From assembly GCF_001194135.2 (NCBI RefSeq), contig NC_068988.1, forward strand, positions 54,914,133-54,978,132: a stretch of 64,000 nt of DNA. Direction: 5' to 3'. Below the pieces are notes generated by a model. That model was not told the DNA's origin. It did not search any database and worked only from the letters and a program-made list of their open reading frames with translations. Positions 52,001 to 64,000 of this stretch are shown here, piece by piece; the stretch's first letter is position 1; every line of letters begins with the position of its first letter. This DNA comes from Octopus bimaculoides (lineage: Eukaryota). Position numbers and translations under genes: made by a program.

Positions 52001-52285
52001 AATGCAGCAGTGTAATAATGATATAATGAAAACAAACGGCAGTAACCACATGTAATATAGCAACAATCTTTTAAGAACCAACAATCCAACACGCTAACTT
52101 GAACTGTAAACTTTGAACTATCAACACACGAACTGTGAAACTAGCACAAACTCCTTCACTTACTCAGACCACTTCTATTTATATGTAGTGGTCCAGTCCA
52201 TTCTTGCAGGGGGTGGGGGCATCGTAATCTCATACAACATTAAATGTGTAAACTTTTGAGAACATATACTTGAATTCTTTTTCAG

Positions 52286-52412
52286 AGTGTAATGCAAAGA
52301 TTATCAAGATGTACCCAGGCAGAAATAGTTCGTTCTATTGATGGACTGGTAAATAAACCAAAATTAGGCTTTTGCAATTCATTTAAAGTGAAAAACTTCC
52401 AGCTTCCAAATG
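52286..52412 (+). CDS. PIKFYVE: PIKfyve coding exon 16, CCT-like domain
   Basis: SVMQRLSRCTQAEIVRSIDGLVNKPKLGFCNSFKVKNFQLPN; ttcag / gtaaat; phase 0-1. Confidence 0.95.
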
Positions 52413-53574
52413 GTAAATGTAACAATTCTTCTAAGTATTTTCAGTTTGAAACATTCAGATAGTTTCAATCTAGCTGTATGTACTTATATCTATGATATTT
52501 CAATGTTGATTTCTAACTTTAGTGCATGACCAGAAATATGTAAATGAAGAGCTAAGTCAATTGATTTTTTTCCACAATATATCATTGATAAAAGAGATGG
52601 AACTAAATGCTCTTTGGCATTAAGATCATTACTCTACCACTTTTTTAATGTGTTATCCTTATGTTAATATAATAAAGTACACATATGAAGGATCATCAAT
52701 TTATAAACTCTCAATAATACACAGAAACACAAGATAGGCTTCTTTCAGTTTCCCTCTACCAAATTCACTCAAAAGGTTTTGATCAAACTGTAGAAGCCAC
52801 CTGCTCAAACTGTTCTGCTGTAGAACTTACGCACATCATATATTTAATGAATTATGCATGTGCATGTACACAATATGTATATATATAACTATTAATAATC
52901 AATCCAATGAAAAACTCATTTCCTTCAAAGGGATGTAAAACATCCAATTTTCACTGGTTCTTCAGTTAGATACAATATAGTAGAGAAAAAAATGAAACTT
53001 TGTCTATTTTTTAGACAAATATTACCCTGAGGAGATTCATATGCATAAATGTGAATTTTTATAAATTCACTAGTGGATGAGTCAAAATAAATTGTAGGAC
53101 ATATATTTATTTCAATTATTTGTTATATTATATCATATTATATAATATCTTTTGATAGTATAATTATATTATAATGTAAATAAATTTTTAATATATCAAT
53201 TGTTTTTCTCTTTTTCCTTAAATATTTATATATTGGAATTATACCATTTTAAGTTCGGATGAATATGTATGTCTCTGTGTGTGTAAATATATATAATATA
53301 CCTAATAAATATTTTAATGTACCTTTGAAGGTCACACCAAGACACTGTTATACTTTGATGATTGTGCCAAACATCTTGCCTGTACAGTAACTCTGAGAGG
53401 GTCTCATAACAGTGAGTTGAAAAGAGTAAGTAAACATTGATATGAAAATCTTCCTTATCTTCCTCCTTCAGTATGACAGGGTATATATTTTTAAGAGAAT
53501 ATTTTCTGGTTACTTTTTGCATTTCTGAAAGCCAAATAACCAGAATAAGGAAAGGTGGGGAAAAAAAAATTTGT

Positions 53575-53880
53575 GAATCTATTACCTCTGCTGGCAACAA
53601 ATCTACTTCTTCAAACGAGAAGTAGATTATATATTGCTTGTGTACAAAGTATGATGTTGCATTGAAGTGAGACACGGGCATTGAATGCAGATGTAGAAAG
53701 GTTTGAGAGAAATAAAGCAAACATGTTTAATGTAAATATGCATGAGTAATGTTGTATAGATGAGCTGAGAATAAGAGGAATAAGCTGTAGTTGCAATAGA
53801 CAGCTGTGTTGGTACTGATATGTAGTGCATATAGATGATGACAGATGGGTAAAGAAGTGCCAGAAATGCAAGTCTTTGGA
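53575..53880 (+). mobile_element. Decayed RTE LINE fragment
   Basis: LLPLLAT...RLYIACVQS...SET.ALNADVERFERNK matches the 8187-8783 family. Confidence 0.7.
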
Positions 53881-53895
53881 CCCACACAATGTGGC

Positions 53896-54960
53896 ATGTA
53901 CTCAATTGAATGACAAAAAAGGGGCCTTCCACATGCTCATATCCTGCTTTGGCTCTCATCGAAGATCAAATCCACTGACATTGACAAGATAATCTCTGCA
54001 GAGCTTCCTGATCCAGCTTCAGACAAAGTACTATACAAAATAGTTAAGGCAAACATGGTGCATGGTCCATGTGGGCATGGATTCAATATAAACTCACCAT
54101 GCTTGAAAGACAGCGTATGTTCAAAAAGGTTTCCAAGGAGGTTCCTACAAGAAACTCAGACAGGTGCTGATGGGTATCCATCATACAGGCAGAGAAAACC
54201 AGAAGACGGCAGTTTCACAGCAACTATTGGACAGCACGAGGTTGATAATAGATGGATTGTTCCATACTGTCCACTCCTGTCAAAGACTTTCAATGCCCAC
54301 ATCAATGTTGAGTTTTGCAACTCTGTTAAGTACGTTTGTAAGTATGTGAACAAGGGTTCTGAAGCTGCAGTGTTTGGACTTCAACAAGAATACTGCCAGG
54401 ATGAGGTGACGCACTATCAGGTGGGACTGTACATAAGTAGTAACGAGGCTTTCTGGCGCATCTTTGGCTTTCCACTTCACCAACAACACCCTGCCATTCA
54501 ACAGCTGGCAATGCACCTAGAATACGGTCAAAGGGTGTACTTCACCGATGCTAATGCTTCTCTGTTGGGAGAGGAACCGAGGGATAGCACACTCACTGCA
54601 TTCTTCAGGCTTTGTCAAGTTGATCCATTCATTCAAACCTTGCTGTATCCACAGATTCCATCGTACTACACTTGGAATGGAAAAAAATGGGCCCCAAGGA
54701 AAGCAGGTCAAAATGTTCATGGATACCCTGGCATTAAGTTTGACACTTGCCTTGGGCGAGTACACACAGTGCATCCCACTCAACAAGAGAACTTCTACCT
54801 CCATCAACTACTGCATGAGGTCAGAGTGCCAATGTGTTTCCAGGCTCTAAAAGCCGTTCATGGACAATATGTCTGCACAACATACAGAGAAGCCAGCTAT
54901 TGACAAGGTCTGTTAGAAAATGGTGCACAATGGGATGCAACTATGGGAGAGGCTTTTTAC
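53896..54960 (+). mobile_element. Helitron Rep (HUH endonuclease) fragment
   Basis: YSIE*QKRGLPHAHILLWL (HUH), IDKIISAELPD, MVHGPCG, VDNRWIVPY, KYVCKYVNKG (YxxKY), YISSNEAFWRIF; open 53914-54903. Confidence 0.92.
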
Positions 54961-57144
54961 CAAACTTCAAGTGCCAGGAAGGCGACGCTGGGCACAGGTA
55001 CCATCATGATTTCGCTTTCGCTTGCCCCAACAGGTCTTCGCAAGCCAAGTTTAGTGGAAAAATTGGGACATTATGATTCCGACAAAACTTTCAAAATATT
55101 TCTGTACTTATGGTTACGGTGTTAGGGCTAGGGTTTTAGGGTTAGTGTTGGGGAAAAAAGTCAAAATTGAAGAANNNNNNNNNNNNNNNNNNNNNNNNNN
55201 NNNNNNNNNNNNNNNNNNNNNNNNNNNNNNNNNNNNNNNNNNNNNNNNNNNNNNNNNNNNNNNNNNNNNNNNNNNNNNNNNNNNNNNNNNNNNNNNNNNN
55301 NNNNNNNNNNNNNNNNNNNNNNNNNNNNNNNNNNNNNNNNNNNNNNNNNNNNNNNNNNNNNNNNNNNNNNNNNNNNNNNNNNNNNNNNNNNNNNNNNNNN
55401 NNNNNNNNNNNNNNNNNNNNNNNNNNNNNNNNNNNNNNNNNNNNNNNNNNNNNNNNNNNNNNNNNNNNNNNNNNNNNNNNNNNNNNNNNNNNNNNNNNNN
55501 NNNNNNNNNNNNNNNNNNNNNNNNNNNNNNNNNNNNNNNNNNNNNNNNNNNNNNNNNNNNNNNNNNNNNNNNNNNNNNNNNNNNNNNNNNNNNNNNNNNN
55601 NNNNNNNNNNNNNNNNNNNNNNNNNNNNNNNNNNNNNNNNNNNNNNNNNNNNNNNNNNNNNNNNNNNNNNNNNNNNNNNNNNNNNNNNNNNNNNNNNNNN
55701 NNNNNNNNNNNNNNNNNNNNNNNNNNNNNNNNNNNNNNNNNNNNNNNNNNNNNNNNNNNNNNNNNNNNNNNNNNNNNNNNNNNNNNNNNNNNNNNNNNNN
55801 NNNNNNNNNNNNNNNNNNNNNNNNNNNNNNNNNNNNNNNNNNNNNNNNNNNNNNNNNNNNNNNNNNNNNNNNNNNNNNNNNNNNNNNNNNNNNNNNNNNN
55901 NNNNNNNNNNNNNNNNNNNNNNNNNNNNNNNNNNNNNNNNNNNNNNNNNNNNNNNNNNNNNNNNNNNNNNNNNNNNNNNNNNNNNNNNNNNNNNNNNNNN
56001 NNNNNNNNNNNNNNNNNNNNNNNNNNNNNNNNNNNNATATATATATATATATATATACATACATACATACATATATGATATATATGATATATTCATACAT
56101 ACATACAATGGGCTTCTGCATTGTTTCCATCTATTAAATTTACTCACAAGGCATTAGTTGGCCTTGGACTATAGTAGAAGACACTTGACCAAGGTGCTGG
56201 GCAGTGAGACTGAACCAGAAACCACTTAGTTGCAAAGCAAGCTTCTTAATTAGACAGCCATGCTGGTGTCTGCTTGAATTTTTGTCTATCCTTTTTTTAA
56301 TACAATGTATTAGATGATTGTATTGATTAGATTATTGTATTGATCTGAAAATCATTGTTTATTTTCATTATATTTCTTTTTATTTTACATTGTACATTTT
56401 CTGTTGCTTATTGGTTTCTAATGACCCAATCACAAACTCACTGCTTGTCTAATATGGCAAGAGTATCAGGAATATGTTTGTAATCATGGTGCAATAAATA
56501 CCACAAGTTATTTTTGTTCCACACATCAATTTAGCAGGAGTTTCGTGCCATTGTATATATCTTTCACTGATGCACACACACACACATCATCATCATCATC
56601 ATATGAAAATTAGACAGAGGGAAGGAAAAAGTTGTGCTCATACATACAATGGACTTTCCCATCGAAGACGACATGTGAGTGTTCAGCTTCTGCTGAATGA
56701 CCAGCACAAATGACTTGTTTATAGTGATCAAATATAACTGTTGTACATAAGCTCACTCTCTCCATCCAATCAATGCTGCCTGAACAGGTGCACTGTGTAC
56801 TATATGTCAGGTGTCAAAAGTGAGCAATGTGAGATGAAGTGTTGTGCTCCAGAACACAATACAATGCTCGGACCAGAAATTGAAACCACGACCTAGCAAC
56901 CATGCATGAGTGCAGCACCCTAACCACTAGTGTTTCCATCGACTAAATCCACTCACAAGGCTTTGGTCAGCCCGAGGCTGTAGTGAAATACACTTACCCA
57001 AGGTGCCACACAGTGGGACTGAATTCAGAAAGCATGTGGTTGGGAAGTAAACCTGAGCACAAAGCCATGACTTCACCTATAGTTATACCTACGCCTATAA
57101 CCATGCCAGCACCAATTTACTTACATTTTCTATTTTAATTTCAG

Positions 57145-57999
57145 GTGAAAAAAATAATGCAGTTTATGACTTATGCAGCATATCATTCTCAACTTGAAGT
57201 TTCATTTATTATGGACGAATTTGGCCTACCCCCACCCTCTGGAGATGAAATAGGTCTTAATTTAGACACTGACACATCAGATGTTAATTCTGAATTGAGA
57301 GACTCTCAGCAAGATGTAAATAGTGAACAGAAAGATGTGATAGATAACAGGGGACATGTATTTAATAACCAATGTAGGAGAGATGCTTTTAAGACGGCCA
57401 ATTCAATGACTTTGTCTCTTCAGCTTGTTGAAGAAGTTGGTGATACAGACGTAGTTGATAGTGAACCTTCAGAGAAGGACACTGAATCTAGTAAAGAAGA
57501 TGATCCGTCACTTGACATTTCAACAGAAGTCAGTCAAAGCATAGACAATAAACTATGCAAAGATGTCATGAGCAACAGTCGAAAACAACCTGGCATAGAA
57601 GAACTCACTGATTTCTCTGATCCTTTACACAACTATCTCACAACGAAGGATGATTCCATATTTCACAGTTCTGTTGCTCTCCAAGAGCAGAAGGTCGCTC
57701 AACAGCAGAAAATTCGAAAAGCACTAGAAGATTTAGTTCTATCTGTATCACCTTACATAAAAATTGATCCACCATATTTAGAGACTACTAATGGCTTGAA
57801 GTCAACTTTGCGGAAGTATTTCCCTGATGAGATGTACTTCTCTCCAGCATTAAGTGAAAAGAACATTGACAATCGACCAAAATTTTTTGATACCGATGTT
57901 GTATCACGTATCAGTAACAAGAAAAATGTAGAAATTACTGAGGCACATCCTTTTATCATGTGGAAACTTGAAAAACCAGTGAAAGACCCATCTGTACAG
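57145..57999 (+). CDS. PIKFYVE: PIKfyve large coding exon (18 if the gap exon is counted); end of CCT-like domain plus acidic linker
   Basis: VKKIMQFMTYAAYHSQLEVSFIMDEF...SVSPYIK...LRKYFPDEMYFS; tttcag / gtaggt; 855 nt, phase 0-0. Confidence 0.95.
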
Positions 58000-59674
58000 G
58001 TAGGTATTTGACATTATTAGGATAAGCAAATAAATATTTCTGTACCTGAGAGAAAAGTACTGTGTGCATGTGTATTGAGAGGAAAAGAGAGATATATTAT
58101 GTAAGTGCAGACAAGAATCTTAAAACAGTATTCAATTCCAAGGAAAGACTGATTATAATATATCATGTATTACAAGCTACTGTATCTAATGGCTACTACT
58201 GCCACTTTATCTCTCTATATTATTAAGTTAAAAGTTATGTGAAAAAGAAAACAATCACTGTCAGTCATTGACTAATTTTATTTTAATTATTTTCATCAAG
58301 AGAGATAACTTTGAGCATGTTCCAGTCTTATTATGACCTCAACAGAAGATCATTGACTTCACTATACTTGTCAAGGTAGTGATGAGAGAATCAAGTAAAT
58401 GTATAAGAATGTTCACTGAAGTGTGTTGAATTAAAGCAGCTTAATTTCAACAAAGTATCACAGTAATTTACTTAGAAACATTTTCTGCAATCAGTATTTT
58501 GCCATGTTCTTTTGAAATAATTTCAAATGTGAGAACTGGGGCAATATTTCTTTTCAAATCATTGAAGATGTGTAATCTAGTATATTTGGTCGGTGACTGA
58601 GCTGTTCTTATATTGTAGACAGTAGAGATATAATTTATGTAAGAATGGAAAAGTAGATTTAAGGCAGTGTGTGATCAAACCAGGTCTCCTGTTGATTTGT
58701 GCTCTCACTAGCCACAAACACTTTTATTTATCAAGACGTGTAGTTGTTATTTAATCTTATACCAAGCCTGATCAGGAAGAACTATGATCAAAATTATTCT
58801 AGACACGACCATTTTGTGCCTCTGTATATCCATTGCATCTGTTTTCTTGAAGAAAGGTAGGATGTTATCTGTAGAAGATTTGTTTGCAATTTATAGTAGA
58901 TCAAGCAATCACATAGGGGCTCTCATTGGCTCAGTCAACATGTGTAGATTACATGAAATAGCCATGTATTTCATCTACTGTAATACACCTGTGCCTCTAC
59001 CATATTTTAACTTCTTATAACTTCGCATAAAGCCAATATTACACCCCAACTCTCTCAGTTAAAGGGTCCTGTCTTGTGAGTAACCTAATGACCTTAGCAG
59101 TACTGGTACCATGTAAAAAGCACACAGTATATTCTGTGAAATGGTTGGCATTAGGAAAGGCATCCAGTCATAGAAACTATGCCAAATCAGACATTGGATC
59201 TTAATGAAGGCCTTGTCAAACTGTCCAAGATATGCCAGCATGGAAAATGGACATTAAAAGATGATGATGATAAATTCAATATTTTGATTCTTCTAACTCA
59301 TGACAAGAACCTCAGCTACCAACTGGCGTAGGTTGTATAGAAGAATGTGGTGTCCTTTGAAAATTGAGGCCAATTTTCATCATATTTAGCTCTTCATCCG
59401 CATTACAAACCTCATTATCGTTGTCTTCATTACCATCTCACCATTATGACACCACCACCACTGCTGGCACTACCACCATTATTGTCATTGCTGTTATCAT
59501 TGTCATCATCATCATCACCATCACTACCACCATCTTCATAATCATCATCATCATCCATATTTCTATCTGGGTTATGCATGAATGAAATTTCCAGTTTTTC
59601 TAATTTGAGCTAACAAGATCTTGTCTCATTGAGTTAAATTTAAAAGAAAAAAAATTCATCTATTTTATTTGTAG

Positions 59675-59830
59675 GACATTTTGTCTGATTTTCGTGCTCG
59701 AGGTGGACGTATTAAAACAACCCAGTCTGGGAGCTGCTACCATGATGAAAACAAGGAGGTGGCTAAAAAGACAAGCAATGGAGAAATAAAAAATGATATT
59801 AACTATGTATCATTCTATTATGATCAGAAG
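59675..59830 (+). CDS. PIKFYVE: PIKfyve coding exon 19 (DILSDFRARGGRI...)
   Basis: tttgtag / gtgagt; 156 nt, phase 0-0; conserved D(F/Y)RARGG motif. Confidence 0.94.
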
Positions 59831-60207
59831 GTGAGTTATGGATTTTATAGATTTGTTTATAGATTTTATAAATTGTTTATAAAAGATATTTCATGGTATG
59901 AATTTTATTGATCTGCTGAAGGTTGTCTAGTAAGCAGATGTTTCATTGGAAATAGTAAATAAGTTATATTACCTTGGTGATACTATTAGTATTGAAGGCA
60001 GGCTAATAGACTAATTCAATCACAGTGGTAGCACTGTAGTTAAATGTTTGAGATATAATATATAAACCAGACTTTATGAATGATGTGTGAGAAATGTGAT
60101 ATGTGATGCTGAAGCATGGATGAAAACTGTGTTGTGGTTTATAGATTCTGTCCATAATAAATAAAACTTCAGGAAAACTTTTAACAATGGTTCAATTTGG
60201 ATTCTCT

Positions 60208-60365
60208 TCATCATCATCGTTTAACATCCGCTTTCCATGCTAGCATGGGTTGGACGATTTGACTGAGGACTGGTGAACCAGATGGCTGCACCAGGCTCCA
60301 ATCTGATTTGGTAGAGCTTCTGCAGCTGGATGCCCTTCCTAACGCCAACCACTCCGAGAGTGTAA
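60208..60365 (-). mobile_element. Young RTE 3' tail, minus strand
   Basis: Reverse complement of the 51830-51990 tail, CpGs retained. Confidence 0.85.
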
Positions 60366-61672
60366 ATCAATGTAGCTGTGATATGTTACTGTAACCATTA
60401 TAAATAGTGCATATCATGTGGCTTGGATTTGAACATCACAAAAATAATATGCAAATTATGCATACAGAAGAGAGGAATGTCATAAATAATGTTGAGGAGA
60501 ATATGAGAATCATAAAAATAATATAAGCGAGAATTGTACAAATAATATTACATTAATCATATGAATAATATTACATTGTTGTTTTGTTGAGGAGTTATAT
60601 ATACTGAGGGGTCTTTCCAGTCAAGGGATCTTTGTCTTGCAAAGTGCTTTGTGTGTTGCTGCCATGCAAAAAATCTCCCAGTATACTCTGTAAAATGGCT
60701 GGCATTAGAAAAAGCATCCACCGACAGAAACCATGCCAAAGCAGATAATAGAGCTTGGTACAGTCCTAGAAAACCACCCAACCTATGTCAGTATGGGAAA
60801 CAGACGTTAAATGATGGTGATGGTGATTGTGTTTGTGTTCTGTTTTGGCCCCTTCTTTCATACTTTAACTCCTCATCCCATAGCATAAAATCATCTCCCT
60901 CTCTACTGCATCCCAACTCAGTCAAAAAGGATCTTAGTCTTGCAGGCTGCATGATGACCTCACTAATAGTGATGATTGATATTAAGAAGAATCCATTAGT
61001 GAATACTTGGCTATGGAAAACCTTGTGTATCTGAGTTTTAGACAATTTGGTATAAAAGTCAGTTTGGTGAAAAGATGGTAGTTCTTGTGTGAGCTCAACC
61101 ACAACTCTACCTCTTTGGGTTATGCTTATTAATTTGGTCACTGTTCTGTATAGCAGGTTCTATCTGAGGTATTTGCCGCAAATGTAAAGATCTACAGTGA
61201 CGAGAACAAAATGAAGGTATAATCGATCTGATAGAGAATGATAACTTGGAGAGATATCGAATACAAGTAAGTTAAGGAAATGACTGGCTTTGAAAACCAT
61301 TGGCTACAATATGTCTAAGAACTGACAACAATAGTGTGTACATTTAATGCAGATAGGTTATACATTTAGCTATAGGTTGGTGTGTCATTGGTGCTGTTCC
61401 TGTAACATCCCCCGTTACCATACACGCATGAGTCAGGTAAAATTCAATGTGGTAGATTTTCTACAGCTGGATGTTCTTACTGTCTCCAGCTATCATCCAG
61501 CTACTTCTCCTAGTCCTTCAATCATGCACAGACATCTCAATGACCGAACATGTTTTCATGGAAGGTTGCAAAGAAATGATACCATTTTTGTATGAACGGT
61601 GATTTTATTTACAATCAATGCACAATATCTTTACCATGAGACTACAAACAAAGACTCTCTCTCTCCCTCCCC

Positions 61673-61724
<52 letters not shown>

Positions 61725-61978
61725 CCTGCCTCACTCTTCACTTTTCATTCTTTCCCTCAATCTTTCGTATGTGGTACTTACTGTCTCAACCCAACAGCAA
61801 GTGCCACCCTAATCCTTCCTCTCTGAGTGCCATCACACCTGAACATGTTTGTTCCTTAGCTCAACCATTAACTCTGAACATTGACAGTATTAACTTTATC
61901 CAATTAACCCCTATAATACAATATTTATTGATTTGCTTGCTACAAATCTAAGTTTCTGTTTTCATTCTCTGCTTTCAG

Positions 61979-62079
61979 CGTGACTGTTTAGATCTTTATA
62001 GCCACCAACATCTGTCTGTTTTGTTCAGCAGTTTCTCCAGCAACTCCTCAAATGCTCCTAATCCATGTGTTAATCCTTG
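61979..62079 (+). CDS. PIKFYVE: PIKfyve coding exon 20 (RDCLDLYSHQHLSVLFSSFSSNSSNAPNPCVNPW)
   Basis: ctttcag / gtaaat; phase 0-2; conserved DCL...HQ...VLF...SSNAP..CV.PW motif. Confidence 0.95.
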
Positions 62080-62237
62080 GTAAATGTTATCATTTTATAT
62101 TACTTACAACTGAGTCAGAGATTACTTTATTGTTGCATTTATTTTTCTTTTTTTTCTTTCGGTACTTGAAGTTGTTTCACTCCTTGTTCTTTCAGGTTGT
62201 ATTATGCTTTGTTAACTTTGTTGCATACGGACAAATG

Positions 62238-62334
<97 letters not shown>

Positions 62335-62838
62335 CCACACACTACAGTCTAAAAGTTTAAGATCACCTAAACTTATTTTGAAAAAAACATCTACAAAATG
62401 GAAATAAGTGAGAGATTCTGGTGAAATATTTTATTAATGTATAGATACGTTCATTGGATGACATAATTAACTGAGCAACTAAACAAAACTGTGAAAAATC
62501 TGGGAAAAACTCTGAATCTTAGACTCATTGAAATATCTGCCCTTGGCTTTGATCACTATGGATCTTACTCTGGGCATTCTTTCGAGCAATGAAAGCAAAT
62601 ATTCACTGGTAATATTTTACCACTCCTGTTACCGACACTCACATGCTCCGAAGCAGGGACTGGAAATGAACACTATCACTTGTACGATACTCATTTACGA
62701 TCATCACATGACGTCAACACAATGCTACACACATACATACATTTATATATGTCTGTGCTGCTGAAATTTGTTTTCAGAGACTCAGTACTACCCAGTACTA
62801 CAAATGATTTCATTGTGATTTCTTATTTTGAAATTTAG

Positions 62839-62910
62839 GATTGTGACAATGGAATTTTACGGCAAGAATGATGTGACTCTTGGAGGTTTTCTTGAGCGAT
62901 TTTGCTTCAG
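62839..62910 (+). CDS. PIKFYVE: PIKfyve coding exon 21 (IVTMEFYGKNDVTLGGFLERFCFR)
   Basis: tttag / gtgagt; 72 nt, phase 2-2. Confidence 0.96.
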
Positions 62911-63870
62911 GTGAGTTAGTATTTTAATATTTTCTTGTCTTATTTATGATAGTCCTTGTGCAGTAGAAAATAGGCTTCTTCAATACTTAATGTCAGAAGT
63001 TGTTTCTATTCTCAGGTGTAGTTAATTTAATTTCATTTTATATGGATTTTCTTGTTACTTTCATGGTTTTGGGGAATGCCAATTCTCAGTATTTCTTCTC
63101 AAGGCTAATTAGGATAACTCTCTGACATTGGAGACATCTACTGAGCCAAAAAGGGAGCTTATACATGGTTGCCTCACTTACAAGAATAGTTGCCAAATCT
63201 CCTTTAGGTCACATCCTACTATCTTGAAAGAAGGCACACGGAAGATAATGTAATCACCATAGGAAAACTACAAAACAAAAAATACAATAGTCATAACCAG
63301 GATACTTTTTGATCATAGATCCAAGTTGGCCTGGGGCTAAACAACAAATGCCAGACAGTTAGATACTTTATTTATTATAAATGTGTGTGATAAATTGTTT
63401 ATTTCATATTTAACACAAGGTCAAGTGTTCAGTGAAGAACGATCCAGTATGTTACTGGTATTTATTATCTCAACTACAGAAGGGTTATCTTTTTCATGTT
63501 TGAGTGTTTAGTCAAACAAATCACCCTAGTACTTTTTTTTATAAGCCTGATACTTATTGTCCTGAACTGCTTAGATACAGGGTCATAAACAAACCAACAC
63601 CAGTTTTCAAGTGGTAGTGGGGAACAAACATGACCATAATGACACACGCACACATATGTATGTAATATATACAGTAGGCATCTCATAGTTTTTATCTACC
63701 AGATCTACTCACAAGGCTTTGATCAGCCCTGGGCTATAGTAGAAGACACTTGCCCAAGGTGCCACACAGTGGAACCTTGGGCAAATAAAGATGTTTGTGC
63801 TCTAGAAATGTTTATTGTAAAAGTTGTTATGGATGTTTCCATCAATTAAATTTTTTTTCTTTTTGTTTAG

Positions 63871-64000
63871 AGAGTCTTATGTTTGCCCATCAAAGTCCTG
63901 TGACACTCCAATGGTCGATCACGTGAGACGCTTTGTACATGAGAATAGTTGTATCACAGTGGATCTTCGCAAGCTTGACCGCATCATTCCTGGAGCTGAA
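63871..64000 (+). CDS. PIKFYVE: PIKfyve coding exon 22, partial (Cys/His-rich region)
   Basis: ESYVCPSKSCDTPMVDHVRRFVHENSCITVDLRKLDRIIPGAE; tttgtttag acceptor; runs off the window. Confidence 0.95.

Larger units (their letters stand above)
16541..64000 (+). other. PIKFYVE: PIKfyve/Fab1 1-phosphatidylinositol 3-phosphate 5-kinase gene, 5' part (continues beyond window; upstream non-coding exons not resolved)
   Basis: Exon chain with consistent phases encodes FYVE (WMPD...RRRHHCR...RVC), DEP, CCT-like (DDMDIRKYVQIKK, KNVAHKKM, AYHSQLEVSFIMDEF) and DFRARGG / MEFYGKND motifs in the PIKfyve domain order. Confidence 0.97.

Noticed and set aside
53226-53720. 164-aa minus-strand ORF
   Set aside because: Antisense to a decayed RTE fragment and AT-rich intron; no motifs.

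Overview
AT-rich, microsatellite-rich eukaryotic DNA with four N gaps (11063-11320, 29873-30104, 43331-44071, 55175-56036). The repeat repertoire suggests an octopus or other coleoid cephalopod (inference). The window is dominated by one + strand multi-exon gene, PIKfyve/Fab1 (PI3P 5-kinase). I traced 21 coding exons by hand from the start ATG at 16572 to the window end, with canonical GT-AG sites and consistent phases. They encode the FYVE, DEP, CCT/TCP-1-like and start of the Cys/His-rich regions; the kinase domain lies beyond the window. One phase-required exon is absent and probably sits in the 55175-56036 gap. A CpG-retaining zone at about 3.3-5.4 kb is the likely promoter and 5'UTR. Introns and the upstream flank hold CRE- and R4/NeSL-type restriction-like-endonuclease retroposon fragments, RTE LINEs, Penelope and CR1/L2 relics, a Helitron Rep fragment, a DD37D-type Tc1/mariner relic, hAT and piggyBac-type MITEs, Helentron-like elements and several SINE families. 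Highlights: an RTE reverse transcriptase with a complete C4HC3 PHD finger inserted inside the RT core, an overlapping uORF over the PIKfyve start codon, candidate recursive splice sites, and several inverted repeat pairs able to form intronic dsRNA. Repeat boundaries are approximate unless a TSD or TIR is cited.
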